Shown here piece by piece: positions 23,761 to 37,371 of a stretch of DNA of 64,000 nt. The translations under genes were made by a program, and so were the position numbers. The DNA lies in assembly GCA_000004695.1 (NCBI GenBank), contig CM000154.2:1952001-2016000 (forward strand). Reading direction: 5' to 3'. How positions within the stretch are numbered: position 1 is the stretch's first letter; each line of letters opens with the position of its first letter. This DNA is from Dictyostelium discoideum. Lineage: Eukaryota. Below the pieces are notes generated by a model. That model saw nothing but the letters and a program-made list of their open reading frames with translations, was not told where the DNA came from and searched no databases.

Positions 23761-25234
23761 TTACTCTTCATTTGGATCTAATACAAGAGTAAATTGAGTT
23801 TGAGCATTAACTGATAATGATCTACGTCTTTCAAATGTAGTTTCTTGAAGTTTTGATAAAATTGGTAATTGAGCCATTGGCTGAGGTATATGATTTGGAT
23901 GTTGTGGTTGTACCCAAAATTGTGGTTGTGGTTGTAGTAATGGTGGTGGTTGATGATGTTGTTGTTGTTGTTGTTGAATTTGTTGTTGTTTATTTACAGA
24001 GATTGGAGAAAAGTGACCAGGTGACATTCTTTCGAAACCACCACTACTACCAGACATTTTCATCATTGAAATGATTGATGGTGGTGTATTTCTTAATGAA
24101 TTATAAGGTGAATTTTGAGCACTACCACTATTACTTCCACTACCACCAATATTGGTGTTGCTGGTAGTAGTATTGTTGTTGTTGTTTAAAAATATATCAG
24201 GTGCAGAATAAGAAAAACCTTGAAATGCCATTTGATCTTGATCAGAAAGATTTGAATTTATAGTATAAGGATTGATTGGTTGTGAATTCATTGTACAAAG
24301 TGGATCGAAATAAGATAAATCCAGTGGACCCACTAAATGAGGTTTAAAAGGTGGATCAACTTCTTTATTCAATAATTTTGACCAATTTACATTCTTAAAG
24401 AAAGGATGAGCTTTAATCTCCTCTACATCAGATTCACCAGAACCTAATCTTTTTGATGGGTCTCTATTTAAGAGTAATGAAACTAAACTTGCTGCATTTT
24501 TTGAAATTTGAGGTGGGAATTTTAAAGGTGACGAAAGGATTAACTTTGTCATTTCATGTGGATCCTCACTGTAGAATGGGGGCAACCCAGCGATCATCTC
24601 GTAGAATAGTGTGCCCAATGCCCACCAGTCCACCGATTTACTATAGCCTGTACCATTGATGATTTCAGGTGCGACATATTCGGGTGAGCCACACATTGTG
24701 TAGGTGACATGGCCCTCTTGGATACCCTCTTTACATAGGCCCAAATCCACTAAACAAATATTACCATCCAAATCCATTAACAAATTCTCTAATTTCAAAT
24801 CCCTGTAGATTACACCATGTTCATGTAGGAACCCAATGGCTAACATAATTTGACCAATATAGAATCTTGCTGTCTCCTCACTAAATGTTTCCCTTTCTGA
24901 AATGTGATAAAATAATTCACCACCACCAATGTAATCCAAAACCATACATAAACTATCTTGTGTTTGAAATGAATACTTTAATCCAACTATAAATGGATGA
25001 TAATATTTCTTTAATAATTTCCTTTCAGTAAATGTATGTCCAACTGCATTCATATTTAAACATTTATCTTTTTTTATAACTTTCATTGCATATAATCTAC
25101 CAGTATCAATTTTCTTTACTAAATTAACTTGTCCAAATGCACCTCTACCAATCATTCTTAAAAATATAAAATCATCAACTGTTACTTTTTTCTATTTTTT
25201 TTTTTTTAAAATTTTTAAAATATTAATATATATA

Positions 25235-25272
<38 letters not shown>

Positions 25273-25634
25273 GATATATTATAAGTTTTTCAAATTACTT
25301 ACACTTGAATTTGTAAAACTTGTTTTAACATGAATTGATACAGATTGACTTGTACCAGTTAATGGAAACCATTGATCACAAAATTGTTTTTTAAATGTTG
25401 CAAATGGTATATAAAGTTTACCAACTAATTTACTATTATTACTACTACCACCACCTTCTATACTATTATTTGCTATAGTTACATTTGCATTACCTTGCCA
25501 TATTGATAATGCTAATATTGATTTTGATGATATTACATCACTTTTTTTTTTAAAAAATAAAAAAAAAAAATAAAAAAAAATAAAAAAATAAAAAAATTTT
25601 AATATAAAAATAAAATTAAAATAATTTGATAATA

Positions 25635-25721
<87 letters not shown>

Positions 25722-25992
25722 TTGATAATATTTACAATGTATAACCTTCATTCCATTCAATTTGTGATTGATCTTTATTTATTACTATTGAAGAAGTTTG
25801 AACTGATTGTTTTTCAAGTGATGCCAAACAATAAACTTTTATTGGATTATCCATTATTTTTAAACCTTTTATACTCTTTATTGAAAAAAATAATTGTGCT
25901 TGAGTTTCCAATATATCTTCATTATTCCACGCCGCCATATTACTCTCTTCTTGCTTCTTTGATAGCAATGAATTGTAAATATCTTTTAACAT
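23761..25992 (-). CDS. AGC-family Ser/Thr protein kinase with an N-terminal C2 domain (Sch9-like architecture), 641 aa. Exons: complement join(25736..25992, 25303..25540, 23761..25191).
   Basis: C2 motifs in exons 1-2: [19 protein letters not shown]...IEWNEGYTF|[15 protein letters not shown]...WFPLTG. Kinase motifs: [40 protein letters not shown], and the hydrophobic motif FQGFSYSAP. Introns are GTAAAT.. (195 nt) and GTAAGT.. (111 nt). Total 1926 nt is 642 codons. Confidence 0.75.
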
Positions 25993-26724
25993 TTTTTATT
26001 CCTTTCTCTCTCTCTCTCTCCCCTCTCTTTATTTGTGTGTGTGTGTGTGTATATGTGATTGTATGTGTTTGTGTATTTTTTTATGGTAGTGAATATAATT
26101 GATTGATATAATAGTAATGTGATTACAATGGTGTGATTAAAAAAAAAAAAAAAAAAAAAAAAAAATTATTTACAAGTGTATTTATTTAAATATATTTAAA
26201 AAACAAATTTTATAGTTTACAACAATGATAATATAATAAATAATTAGGATATAAAAAAAAAATAAAAAAAAATAAAAAATAAAAAAAAGGGTAAAAAAAA
26301 ATAAAAAAAAAATTAATAAAAATAAAAATATAAAAAAATATTGGAACTATAGTTACAAAAAAAAAATAAAAAATAAAAAATAAAAAAAATAATGAAAAAA
26401 AAAAAAAGCGGGGCTACAAACCACGTCCCATCAAATAAAATTTGGTTGTATAATTGTTGTTTGTGATTTAAATGATTTTTTTTTTTTTTGATTTTTTTTT
26501 TTCTTTTTCCTATTTTTTTTTTTTTTTTTTTGATTTTTATTTTTTTTTATTTTTTTATTTTTTTTTTTATTTTTTTATTTTAATTTTTTTTTTTTTTTTT
26601 TTTTTTCCAAATTACTAACGAATTTTTGGTTATAACATAACATCTAAAATATCTTCATCATGTGTATTTATTTAGATTTGAATTTTGATTAAATTCAACA
26701 CCAAAAAAAAAAAGATTTAATAAA

Positions 26725-26755
<31 letters not shown>

Positions 26756-27096
26756 GATATTTTTTTTTTGATATTTTTTTTTTCCAAATTGGGCTTTTTT
26801 TTTTTTTAGGAAATTAAACACCAAAAATAAAATCAAAAAATCTTTTTTATTTTTTTATTTTTTTTATTTTTTTAGATTACTTTTTTTTTTTTATTTTTTT
26901 TTTTTTTTCCTCTTTTGGATTACTATTTTATTAACTCTTTTTTTTTTTTTTTTTTTTTATTTAACCAATTATTATTTTTTTTAATCAATTATTTTTTTTT
27001 TTTAATTGTAAAAATTTCTTGACCATTCTTTTTTTTTTTTTTTTTTTTTTTTTATTTTTATTTTTATTTTTTTATTTTTCAAATTTTCATTAATTT

Positions 27097-27134
<38 letters not shown>

Positions 27135-27162
27135 GTAATTAAGAAAAGTATAATACTCTACA

Positions 27163-28936
27163 ATGAGGTAAGTTTTATTTAAAAAATTATAATTTTATTA
27201 AAATTTAAATTAATTTAAGTTTTTTTTTTTTTTTTTATTAAATTTGATAAAATTATAGTGAAGTTGAGGAACAAACTTTAATAAAAGATGCATCAATGAA
27301 TGAACCAACAGATAAAACCACCACTGAAGGCGATAATGGTGGTGAAAATGAAAATGAAAATGAAAATATAGCAGAAGGTGGTGAAAATCAAGAAGATAAT
27401 AATAATAATAATGAGGGGGAGGAAGAAGAAGAGGAGGAAGAGGAAGAGGAGGAAGAAGAAGAGGAAGATGAAGAATCAGATGACGATGATGTTGTTGTAC
27501 TTTTAGATCAAGAAAGTGTTGAAGCATCATCGAGTAAACCTGGTGCAACATTTAGAACTACACCAAATAAATTTTCATATAGAAATCCATCATCGATTAC
27601 ACCTGGGTCAGGTGGTAAATATATGTTAACAAAACAAACACCAACAGGTGGTGGTGGTGGTGGTAGTGGTTTCAATTCAGCTAAATCAAATCAAAAAACA
27701 ATCTTTGAATTTGATATCGAATCATTTGAAGAGAAACCTTGGTTAAAACCAGGTGCTGATATTTCAGATTATTTCAATTATAATTTCACTGAAGAAACTT
27801 GGAAAGCCTATTGTGAAAGACAAAACACAATGAGAATGGAATTAAATAATTTAGGTAAAATTAAAGGCTATGAAAGTAATAAACCAAATATTGGTGGTAA
27901 TACCACTGGTGGTACTGGTGGTAATGGTATTGGTGATAAACCAAATATTACCAATGGTAATTTAGGTGTTGGTGTTGGTGGTGGTATTGGTGGTGGTAGT
28001 AGCGGTAGTGGTGGTAGTATAGTTGGTGATTTACCACCAGAGTTACAAGGTGATAAATTACAACAAGGAATTCAAAGACCACAATTTAAACGACAACCAA
28101 GTAGATCTGATATTAATGATGAATCAAATTTAGATCAACAACAACAAACTGATGGTAGATTTAATAGAGGTGGTCAACAACAAATACCTCCTCAACAACC
28201 ACAACCACAACAACAACAACAACAACCACAGCCACAACAGTATCAAACAAATTATCAAAGAGATAGAATTTATAATCAAGATTATCGTGGTAGTGGTAGA
28301 ACATATAGTACAACTAATCAATATGAGGATGATAGTAATAATAATAATAATGGTAGTGGTAGTGGTGGCGGTAGTGATAGAAGAAGAAATGAAAGTTCAT
28401 CATCATCATCAAGAGGTGATTCTGATAGGGGTGAAAGAGAAAGAGAAAGAGATAGAGATGATAGAGATAGAAGTGAAAGAGAAAGATCGGATAGAGATAG
28501 AAGTGAAAGAGAAAGATCAGACAGAAGTGAAAGAGAAAGATCAGATAGAGATAGAAGTGAAAGAGAAAGATCAGATAGAAGTGAAAGATCAGACAGAGAT
28601 AAAACAAGTAGTAGTAGTAGTAGTAGTAATAATAATAGTAGTTCATCAACAAGAGGTAGTGATAGATATGATAGAGAAAGAGGGGGTGATAGAGATAGAA
28701 CCTCTGAAAGTAGTAGTAGAGGGAGTGATAGAGATAGAGATGATTATAAAAGTAGAAGTAGTAGTAATACTGGAGGTAGCAGTAGTAGTTTAAGATCAGA
28801 CAGAGATTCAAGAACACCAAGTAATACAAGTAGTAACTACTCCTCTTCTAATCCCTCTTCTTCTTCCTCCTCCTCAGATTATAAAAGAAAGAATTATAAT
28901 ACTGACAGTAATGATAGATCAAAGAAAAGAAAATAA
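27163..28936 (+). CDS. Fip1 (pre-mRNA 3'-end processing / polyadenylation factor) with an acidic N-terminus and an RD/RS/RE-rich C-terminus, 560 aa. Exons: join(27163..27167, 27259..28936).
   Basis: Fip1 motif: [42 protein letters not shown]. The 5-nt first exon ATGAG|GTAAGT joins via ..TATAG|TGAAGTTGAG in frame, giving MSEVEEQ.... The C-terminal repeats [10 protein letters not shown] resemble those I remember from vertebrate FIP1L1. Confidence 0.8.
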
Positions 28937-29149
28937 AAAAAAATAAAAAAAAATTAAATTAAATTAAATTATATATATATACATTCTTGCACCATTTTTT
29001 TTATTTATTATTATTATTATTATATTATTACTATTATTATTATTATTATTATTTTTTTTTTATTTTTTTTTTTATTTTTTTTTTTTTATTTTTTTTGAGG
29101 TTGTGTTTTAGTTTTAGTTTTAATAAATTTTTTAAAATTATTTTTTTGA

Positions 29150-29668
29150 TTAGTTTGTTGTTGTTGTTGTTTCTTGACCTTTTATGATTCCACCAATTCT
29201 GATATAAGTTGCTAAACCTTGAAAGCCTGTTGTTCTTTTATAGTTCTTTCTTGGTTTATGTTTAAAGATGGTTACATGTTCGGTTTTTGCTTGTTCTTCA
29301 ATATAAGCATGAACTTTGAAATTACTAATGATTGGTTTACCAATTATAGTTTCATTTTTAGTACCAACTAATAAAACTTTATCTAAAACGATATGTTCAC
29401 CAACATCAACTTGAATTTTATCAGTCATAATAATATCACCTTCTATAACTTTATATTGTTTACCTGAAATATGTACAACTGCAAATGAATCTTTACCAAT
29501 TGGTGTAAATTGATTTTTGGAATTATATGATTCTTCTGATGTTACTGCAACAGCTTCTGGAATTGATGTAAAATTTCTAAATAATAATTTATTTGTTTGT
29601 TGTTGTTGATTTCTTAATAAAATTGATGATGATGATTTCATCAAATTTGATCCAATATTTCTAATCAT
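29150..29668 (-). CDS. Mitochondrial ribosomal protein bL21 (L21 family), 172 aa.
   Basis: bL21 core: FAVVHISGKQYKVIEGDII...VGEHIVLDKVLLVG. N-terminal R/S/K-rich presequence (MIRNIGSNLMKSSSSILLRN). The track start at 29707 is TTG, so I chose ATG 29668. Confidence 0.65.
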   Translation of the reverse strand: MIRNIGSNLMKSSSSILLRNQQQQTNKLLFRNFTSIPEAVAVTSEESYNSKNQFTPIGKDSFAVVHISGKQYKVIEGDIIMTDKIQVDVGEHIVLDKVLLVGTKNETIIGKPIISNFKVHAYIEEQAKTEHVTIFKHKPRKNYKRTTGFQGLATYIRIGGIIKGQETTTTTN

Positions 29669-29738
29669 TTCTTTATTAATATATATATATTTTTTTTCAA
29701 TTTTCAACCTAAAGTAAACAATGAAAAATGAAAAATTC

Positions 29739-29771
<33 letters not shown>

Positions 29772-30389
29772 CCAAAAAAAAATAAAAAAAAAAAAAATAA
29801 AAAAAAAAAAGGAAAAATAAAAAAAAATATTTTGATCAAAACATATTCGAATTTACTTATTTTTTTTTAATTTTTTTTTTTTTTCAAACAATTATTTAAT
29901 TTAATTTATTTTTAATATGATTTAATATATAAAAATAGAGCACCGATTCAGTTTTTTGAATTTTTTATTTAAATTTTTTATTTTGTCCACTAATTTATCT
30001 TTAAACAAATAAAATAAATAAATGAGAATAAGAAATTTAAAAAAAATTCTAATTAAATCATTTTTCTGGTTTTTTAATATATTTGATTTTTTAAAATAAA
30101 AAAAACAATTACAAAAAATGAATGAAAAATAATTATATTCTAAAAAATTAAAAAATAAAATAAAAAAATAAAATGTTTGAATTCATTTTATATCATTTGT
30201 GTATTTTTGGTTGCTCTATTAAAAATAAATAAAATTAAATCATTGTTATAAAAAAAAAAAAAAAAAAAAAAATTTAAAATAAAATATGAAAATGGAAATA
30301 ATAGTTATTATTTTTTTTTTTTGATTTGAAAATTAAATTAATATATTTATATATATTAATATAAAATTAATATTTATTTATTGAAACAA

Positions 30390-30420
<31 letters not shown>

Positions 30421-30433
30421 CAATGATTTAATT

Positions 30434-32703
30434 TTATTCATTTGATAATAAAGCAACTCTATAAAGATCCAAATAATTTCTAGCAGCAAATGAATGATTA
30501 TAAACTAAACCATTAAAAGCTTTAGTTGCATCTTTACCAATATAATCGTCAATGTATTGTTTACCACCTGGATGTTTTTCAGCAAATTCAGACATATCAT
30601 AGATAACATCTTCAATGATTAAGAGTTGTTTCTTTTCTTTTTGACATTTCTCTTTAACTTGAGCACGAGTGAATGATGGTAATTGATCCAATGGTTTACC
30701 CCAATAGAGTTGATCACGTAATTTTTTGATGGTTTTCTCTTGCATTTGAATTTTACCTTTTGCGAATAATTCACTTGGGAATCTCTTTAATTCATAGGCG
30801 AAACCAAACCAACTAAGGAAATTGATTAACCACTTACCTGGATCGTAAGCAGACATATGAATACCATTTCTGTAATCATATGGGAATTCATGATGAAAGT
30901 TATGATAACCTTCACCAAAAGTGACCAAAGATGTGATAAAAGAGTCACGTGGAGATCTTTGGTCGGTGTAAGTTGCTTCACCAAGATAATGAGCCAAAGA
31001 GTTGATACAAAAGGTACATTGCATCATGAGTACTTTGGAGGCAACACCAGCGATGAAAAATCCACCTTTCCAATCATTCCAACCAAAACCACAAATGAAC
31101 ATTGGTAAGAACCAACCCAAACTGAATGCCAATGGAATGAAATATTTATGTTGGAAACGTAAAACTGGATCAGCTTTAAGATCACTAATATCGGCATCAC
31201 CTGGAATACGTTTGAAAAGCATCCAACCCATATGGGAATAGAAAAGACCTTTCTTTACATTGTATGGATCCTTATCGGTATCAGTGAAACGATGATGGGC
31301 ACGATGATCTTGGCACCATTCGAAAACACTACCTTCAAAAGTTGATGTACCCATTAACATGAGAACTATACGAACTGGTAATGAAGCCCTATAGGAACGA
31401 TGAGAGAATAAACGATGATAACCAGCTGTAATACCCATACCAGAGATATAGTAAGCGAGGAATGCGGTAATATAGGTTTTAGTGATGAATGGAGTTGTTA
31501 AAATACCATAGAGTGCTAAAAATGGGGTACCACATAAAAAGATAGCAACATTCCAATTGATTCTTTCATGGAATGGTTTTGATGGATCAACCTTGAGCAA
31601 ACCAAATGGATGAGTTACTGGATCGAATAAATTGGAGGATGAGGTCTCATCTTGTTTCTTTTCATCCAATTCGACAGAGAGTGTAGAATTCTTTGGTTCA
31701 ACATGTTGGACAACTGGTGGTAAATTGATCAAGAGTGAAGCAAATGATAATTCAGTGATATTTTCATACTCTTTCTTTAATAAATTGTAAGCATCTTTCC
31801 ATTTGTATGATGGTACACCCAAATTTTGAGACATGTGACTCAAGGTAACACCAATGTTAAAATCTTGTGTTAAATATTGTACCCAACGTGGGAGGGCAAA
31901 GAAAGTTGGTTTACTTGCGACACTTGAGAGAGATGAAGCCTTGAGGAATGTTGACATCCAAAAGTGGTACACAAACAATGGGATCAAATAGTACTTGAAT
32001 AAACCCCAAATGCCCATACTGTAGGTCATAATTGGGAAGAATAATGCGATGAATACATAAAGGAATGAGACTGAGACCATCATTGATTTGGAGAATTTGA
32101 AACTGAAATTTAATGATAACCATTGAAGTAATGAACTGAGGAACCAAAAATTACCACTTGCAATCTCACGAACGAAATCACGACTTGCTGTTGCTTTCTT
32201 TTCAATTCTTTTCTTCCAATAGGCTAATGGATACATTAATGGTAACATACAAATTGTTCCAACTACATAGTTAACAAATTTATTCTTGAAAAATAAATCA
32301 TTACCACATGCATACCCAACAGAGAATAATCCACAACATGCTGTACCCATAAATATCCATCCAATTGGTAACAAATACCATGGAAGTGCATATACTAAAT
32401 ATGTACCAATTGTCACTAAACCAATTGATGCTAATAATTTCTTTGTTGCTGTTCTTGTACTTTTTTCAAATACCTTTAAAAAAAATAAAAAAATAAAAAA
32501 TAAAAAAAATAATTAATAAAAAAAAGTTTTTTTTTTTTTTTTTTTATATATTTCAAAAAGTTTTTATTTTTATTTGCACTTTTATTATTATTATTATTAA
32601 AATTATTATATTAATTATAAATTTTTTATTAACTTACTTCTTGTGGAAGTTTTGAGATCATTTCAATTGCCTCAGTACATGAGGTAATTGGAGATGATAT
32701 CAT
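30434..32703 (-). CDS. Δ9 acyl-CoA (stearoyl-CoA-type) desaturase fused to a C-terminal cytochrome b5 domain, preceded by a ~290-aa N-terminal membrane domain that resembles a degenerate FAD2/ω-desaturase without histidine boxes. 701 aa. Exons: complement join(32638..32703, 30434..32473).
   Basis: Δ9 desaturase His boxes: HRLFSHRSY, HRAHHRFTDTDKDPY, HNFHHEFPYDY. Cytochrome b5: EFAEKHPGGK...GKDATKAFNG. The N-terminal domain aligns to FAD2 with degenerate boxes: GTACCGLFSVGYACGNDLFF (compare HECGHHAF), NYVVGTICMLPLMYPLAYWKKRIEKKA (compare [26 protein letters not shown]), FNIGVTLSHMSQNLGVPSY (compare FHNITDTHVAHHLFSTMPHY). The track ORF start is GTG. The real exon 1 is ATGATATCATCTCC...CAAGAA|GTAAGT, followed by a 164-nt intron. 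Confidence 0.75.
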
Positions 32704-33123
32704 TTTTTATATTATATTATTTATTTTTTTATATTATTTAAATAAAATTTGATTTGTTTTTTTTTTATTTTTTTTAAAAAAAGAAAACCTTAAAAAAAAA
32801 AAAAAAAATAAAATAAAATAAATTTGATAAAAAAAAAAAAAAAAAAAAAAAACAAAAATTAAAAAAATATAAAAAAAAATAAAATTTTAAAAAAAAAATA
32901 AAAAACAATTCGTAAAAATATTTTGATATTTTCAATAAACAATTTTATGCCAGTTTTCATTTTTTTTAATTTTTTTTTATTTTATTTTATTTTTAATTCC
33001 GAGCATCAAACGTGGATTTGATTTTTAAAAAAAATTAAAAAATAATTAAAAAAAAAAAAAAAAAAAAAGATATTTTATTAAAAGCGGTTAATTAATATTT
33101 TGTTATATGTAAACAAATAAATA

Positions 33124-33157
<34 letters not shown>

Positions 33158-33592
33158 TTTTATTTCCTTTTTTGAGATACATAACATAGATGTAATGTAT
33201 CCAATACTTGAGATAATTTTTTTTTTTTTTTACCAAACACCACAAAATTTAATATTTTATTTAGTATTTTTTTTATTATTATTATTTTTTTTTTTTTTAA
33301 TCCAATTTTTTTAATTCGCAAATTATTAATAATTTAAAACAAATTAGATGTAAATTAAAAAAAAAAAGTATAGATTTGTTATTTTTTTTTTTTAATTTAA
33401 AAAAAAAAAAACACCGCTTTGACTACTTTCGTTTTTTTTTCTTTTTTTTTTTTTATTTTTTTTTTTTTTTATTTTTTTTTTTCTAAAAAAAAAAGAAAAG
33501 AAATAATAAAAAATAAATTTTAACGAAAGTAGTTTTTTGAAACAAATTCAAATATTTAAATAAAAGTTGATTAATATGTTAATTTAAAAAAA

Positions 33593-33973
33593 ATGGGTAA
33601 AAAGAAAATTGATATAAATACAAGAGAAGATTTATTTTTATCATATTATAAAGAAATTGAAAAAAATAAATTTGATCTTTTAAAAATTTGCAGTGACAAA
33701 AATTTTTCAAAATCAAATTTTTTAAAAGCAGTTCACTGTTTATTTTCATTATCATATTTTTGTAAAATTAAAGATGAAAATGAAGAAGAAGAAGGAAAAG
33801 AAGAAGAAATAAATGATTACAAAGTTAAAAAAAGCACAACTGGTAATTATTACAGAAATTCCGAAGGCAAATTATTTAAAAAATCAAATGAAAAAGATCA
33901 AATAGATGATGTTTCCATATTTTATAAAAGATTACCAACAATCCAAGATTTTAAAGACACATATGACAAATAG
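33593..33973 (+). CDS. Small hypothetical protein (126 aa, K/E-rich). May be an independent small gene.
   Basis: ATG-initiated 126-codon ORF in AT-rich DNA with good AAAATGG start context and no homology I can recognise. No in-phase GT donor could link it to the downstream kinase gene. Confidence 0.3.
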   Translation: MGKKKIDINTREDLFLSYYKEIEKNKFDLLKICSDKNFSKSNFLKAVHCLFSLSYFCKIKDENEEEEGKEEEINDYKVKKSTTGNYYRNSEGKLFKKSNEKDQIDDVSIFYKRLPTIQDFKDTYDK

Positions 33974-34127
33974 TGGGTTTTTTTATTTTTTTTTTATTTT
34001 ATTTTTTTATTATTTATTATTTAATAAATTAACTTTTTTTTTAATTATTATTATTATTTATTTTTAAATTAGTGAAAATTGTTTAAATTCAGTTTATTAT
34101 ATTATTAGAAAAATTAAATTATTACAT

Positions 34128-37100
34128 TTGGAATATTTTTGGGAAATTTTAGCTTCTTGTTATGGAACGATATCATTTATTAAATTTTTTAATATATTTT
34201 CAAATGAAATATTTTCACCAAGTGAAAATGGAGATTCAGTTTTTATAATGGTTGGAAAATTTTTTAGAAGAAAAGTAAGAGCAGAGACACATTATGATTT
34301 AATATTTTTAAAAATCATATTGGCCAACGCATCAATACCAATGATTTTAAAACTTGGAGTTAAAGATATAGGTAGATTTACAGAAAAGGAGGATATTATA
34401 GTATCATATTATAGAAACTTTTCAATAATTCATTCACTTAGATTTGATAATGTTAAAGAGTTTGCATTAGTTTATAAAACTTTAAAGAATAATTATCCAT
34501 CAAAAAAAAAAAAAAAAATTACACTTTTTGAAGAAAATGGGAAAATTAATGTTAAAACATCAAAAAAAGATTTAATGCTATTCGAATTTGTTTGTAAATT
34601 TGATTGTGTTAAAATTTTTAAGAAATATTTTTTACCAAAACCTCAAATTATTAATAATAATGATAATAATGAAATGTTAGAATGTATTAGTAGTGGATCA
34701 TATTCAGGATTTGATGAAAAGAGTAAACGTAAAATTAGAATTTTTTTTTCAATATGTTGCAGACAAATTTCACCTAAAATCTTAAAATGCATTGTCGATT
34801 ATGTCAAGGATGATATTGGTTTTTTAGATTTACAAAATAGGCAAGATATTTACATTGGAGATTCAGCACCTGAAAAAGTTTTATTTCTAAATTGTTTTTT
34901 TGGTAATCATAAAGAACAACGTGTTATAGATTTTTTTAATCTCCTTACATCCAAATCAATTATAATATGTAATACTATTAAAGAGAAACCGGAACTTTAT
35001 GATTATCGTTATATTACATTGTCAACTGTTGATTCTACATTTTATTTTTCTGATAGTCATAAAGGTGCTGATTTTGGTGTTTACACTGATGAGATTAATG
35101 TTATTATTAATAATGATGATATTGATTATGATTATATTGGTGATGATGATAATGATGAAGAAATAGAAGAAACAAAAGATTATGGTAGTAGTAGTAGTGA
35201 TATTGATGATTTTTATAATGTATTTGAACCAAAAGCATCAATGATACCAAATATATTGGATTCTTGTAGTTTGGAAATACTAAAAGCATATATTCAAAAT
35301 ATAACTGGAAATGGTTTATTCAAAATAAGTCCATCATTATTTTTAGCACATGATGTAACTAGATTAGTTAGAAATCCAAAACCAAAAACAGAAACTGTTG
35401 TTAAAATATTGGAATTCATTAATACAATTTCAAGACTTTCAGAATTATCAACCAACGGTGTTCCTTTCACTTTTTTAACTAATAGATTCGAAATTGTCAC
35501 TAGTATAATTATGTCATTACATGATGAACGATCTATTTCAAATTCTGTTGAACCAGTTCAATGGTTACGTGCACTTGCTCCATTTGTTTCAAATGATGAA
35601 ATGAAATTAATTATATACAAAGTTAGAACTCTTTACAACTATGAACCACATTCAAATGGTGAAATCAAATATACCGAATTAGTTAGATTATTTGATGTTC
35701 AATATCTTTTAACTAAAGGTAAATTTTCACTATCTCAATTTAATGGTTTTGAAACTTCAATTTTTTTAAATCCAAAATTACTTGATGGTACTATTAATTC
35801 AAATATTTTAAATTCAATGATTATTAAAGACAAAGAAAAACTAGACTTAAAAGAATTATTTTTTAAAGAAAAACCACTTTCAGAAGCTGAACTTAAAGAA
35901 AAATTTGAAATTGCTACAAAAAATGAAAAAGAGTTATTGGACCAATTAAAAAAAGAAAATGATGCTGAAAAATTAAAAAAGAAAAATAAATTAAAAAAAC
36001 AAAAAAATCAACAACAACAACAACAGGCTAAACAACAAGCTCAACAACAAAAACAACAACACCAACAAAATATTCAACAAAATTATGAAAATCAACATAT
36101 TGAAGACCAACGAAAATTTAACCAACAAACCAAAGGTCGACCTATCTCTCCTTCATCAATTCAAAACCAAAATTTAAATCCAACTTTATTACAAAATCAA
36201 AATCAAACTTCAAACCCAACACCAAATTTAGAGTCAACAAAAAAAGCAACACCGACAACAACAACAACAACAACAACAAATTCCAATACATCAGCAATTA
36301 TAAATGAAATTAAAAATCAAGATTTAAATCAACAACAAAATATAACAGAAAATATAAATGAAATATATGATGTTTCAATTGGTAAATTTAAATTTAATAA
36401 AAAAGAGTCAAATATATTGGGTAGAGGATCAAATGGTACATTAGTATTTAAAGGTATTTGGAATAATAGAATACCAGTAGCAATTAAACAAATGCAAAAG
36501 ATGTTTAACCCATTAATTAGTAAAGAAATTGAAATTTTAATTGGTTTAACCAATAAAAACTTAAATTTAGTTGGATACATTGATCAAGAAGAAGATGAAA
36601 ATTGTGTTTACCTTGGTTTAACTCTATGTGATGGTTCATTACAATCTTTATACGATCAATCAAAATTAAATGAATTTATTAATCAAAATAATAATCAAAA
36701 TAATAATAATAATAATAATAGAGTATTGGATTTAATTATTGGAATGATAAATGGTGTAATATTTTTACATGATCAAAATATAGTTCATAATGATTTAAAT
36801 CCAAGAAATATATTAGTAAAAGATAATAGATTAATAATTTCAGATTTAGGTTTAAGTAAGATGAATGTTAGTTCAACTTATAATTTCTCAACAAATGCAA
36901 TTCCAACTGGTCAAGATGGGTATCATCCTGTTGAAGTACTTTTAGAGAAAAGAAAAACTAAATCAGTTGATGTTTTTTCTTTAGGTTGTTTAATTTATTT
37001 TATAATGACAAATGGTGCTCACCCATTTGGTGATAAATTCTCAAGACTTCGTTATATCACTAAAAGCAAATACAATCTATCTCAATTATCAAATTTAAAT

Positions 37101-37336
37101 TTAGTGGCAACTCATTTAATTGAATTGATGATATCATATGATGAGAGTAAAAGACCGACCCTATCATCAGTTTTAAAACATCCTTTGTTTTGGGACAGTT
37201 TAAAGAAAATTAAGTTTTTAGAATCTTCTTTACGTTTATTGGGTGATCATGATTTTAAGAAATTCAATATCAATAAAATATTAATTAGTTGTAATAGTAA
37301 TAGTAGTAGTAGTAATAGTATTTGTAATAGTAGTAA

Positions 37337-37371
<35 letters not shown>

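Noticed and set aside
28130-28829. ORFs 28130..28321, 28152..28793 and 28314..28829 overlapping Fip1.
   Set aside because: They are alternate or antisense frames of the RS/RD-encoding GA-rich repeats. Fip1's frame has the conserved motif.
33593-34128. Joining the 126-aa ORF to the IRE1-like gene as a 5' exon.
   Set aside because: No in-phase GT donor in the small ORF is compatible with the candidate acceptor at 34109, so they are kept as separate features.
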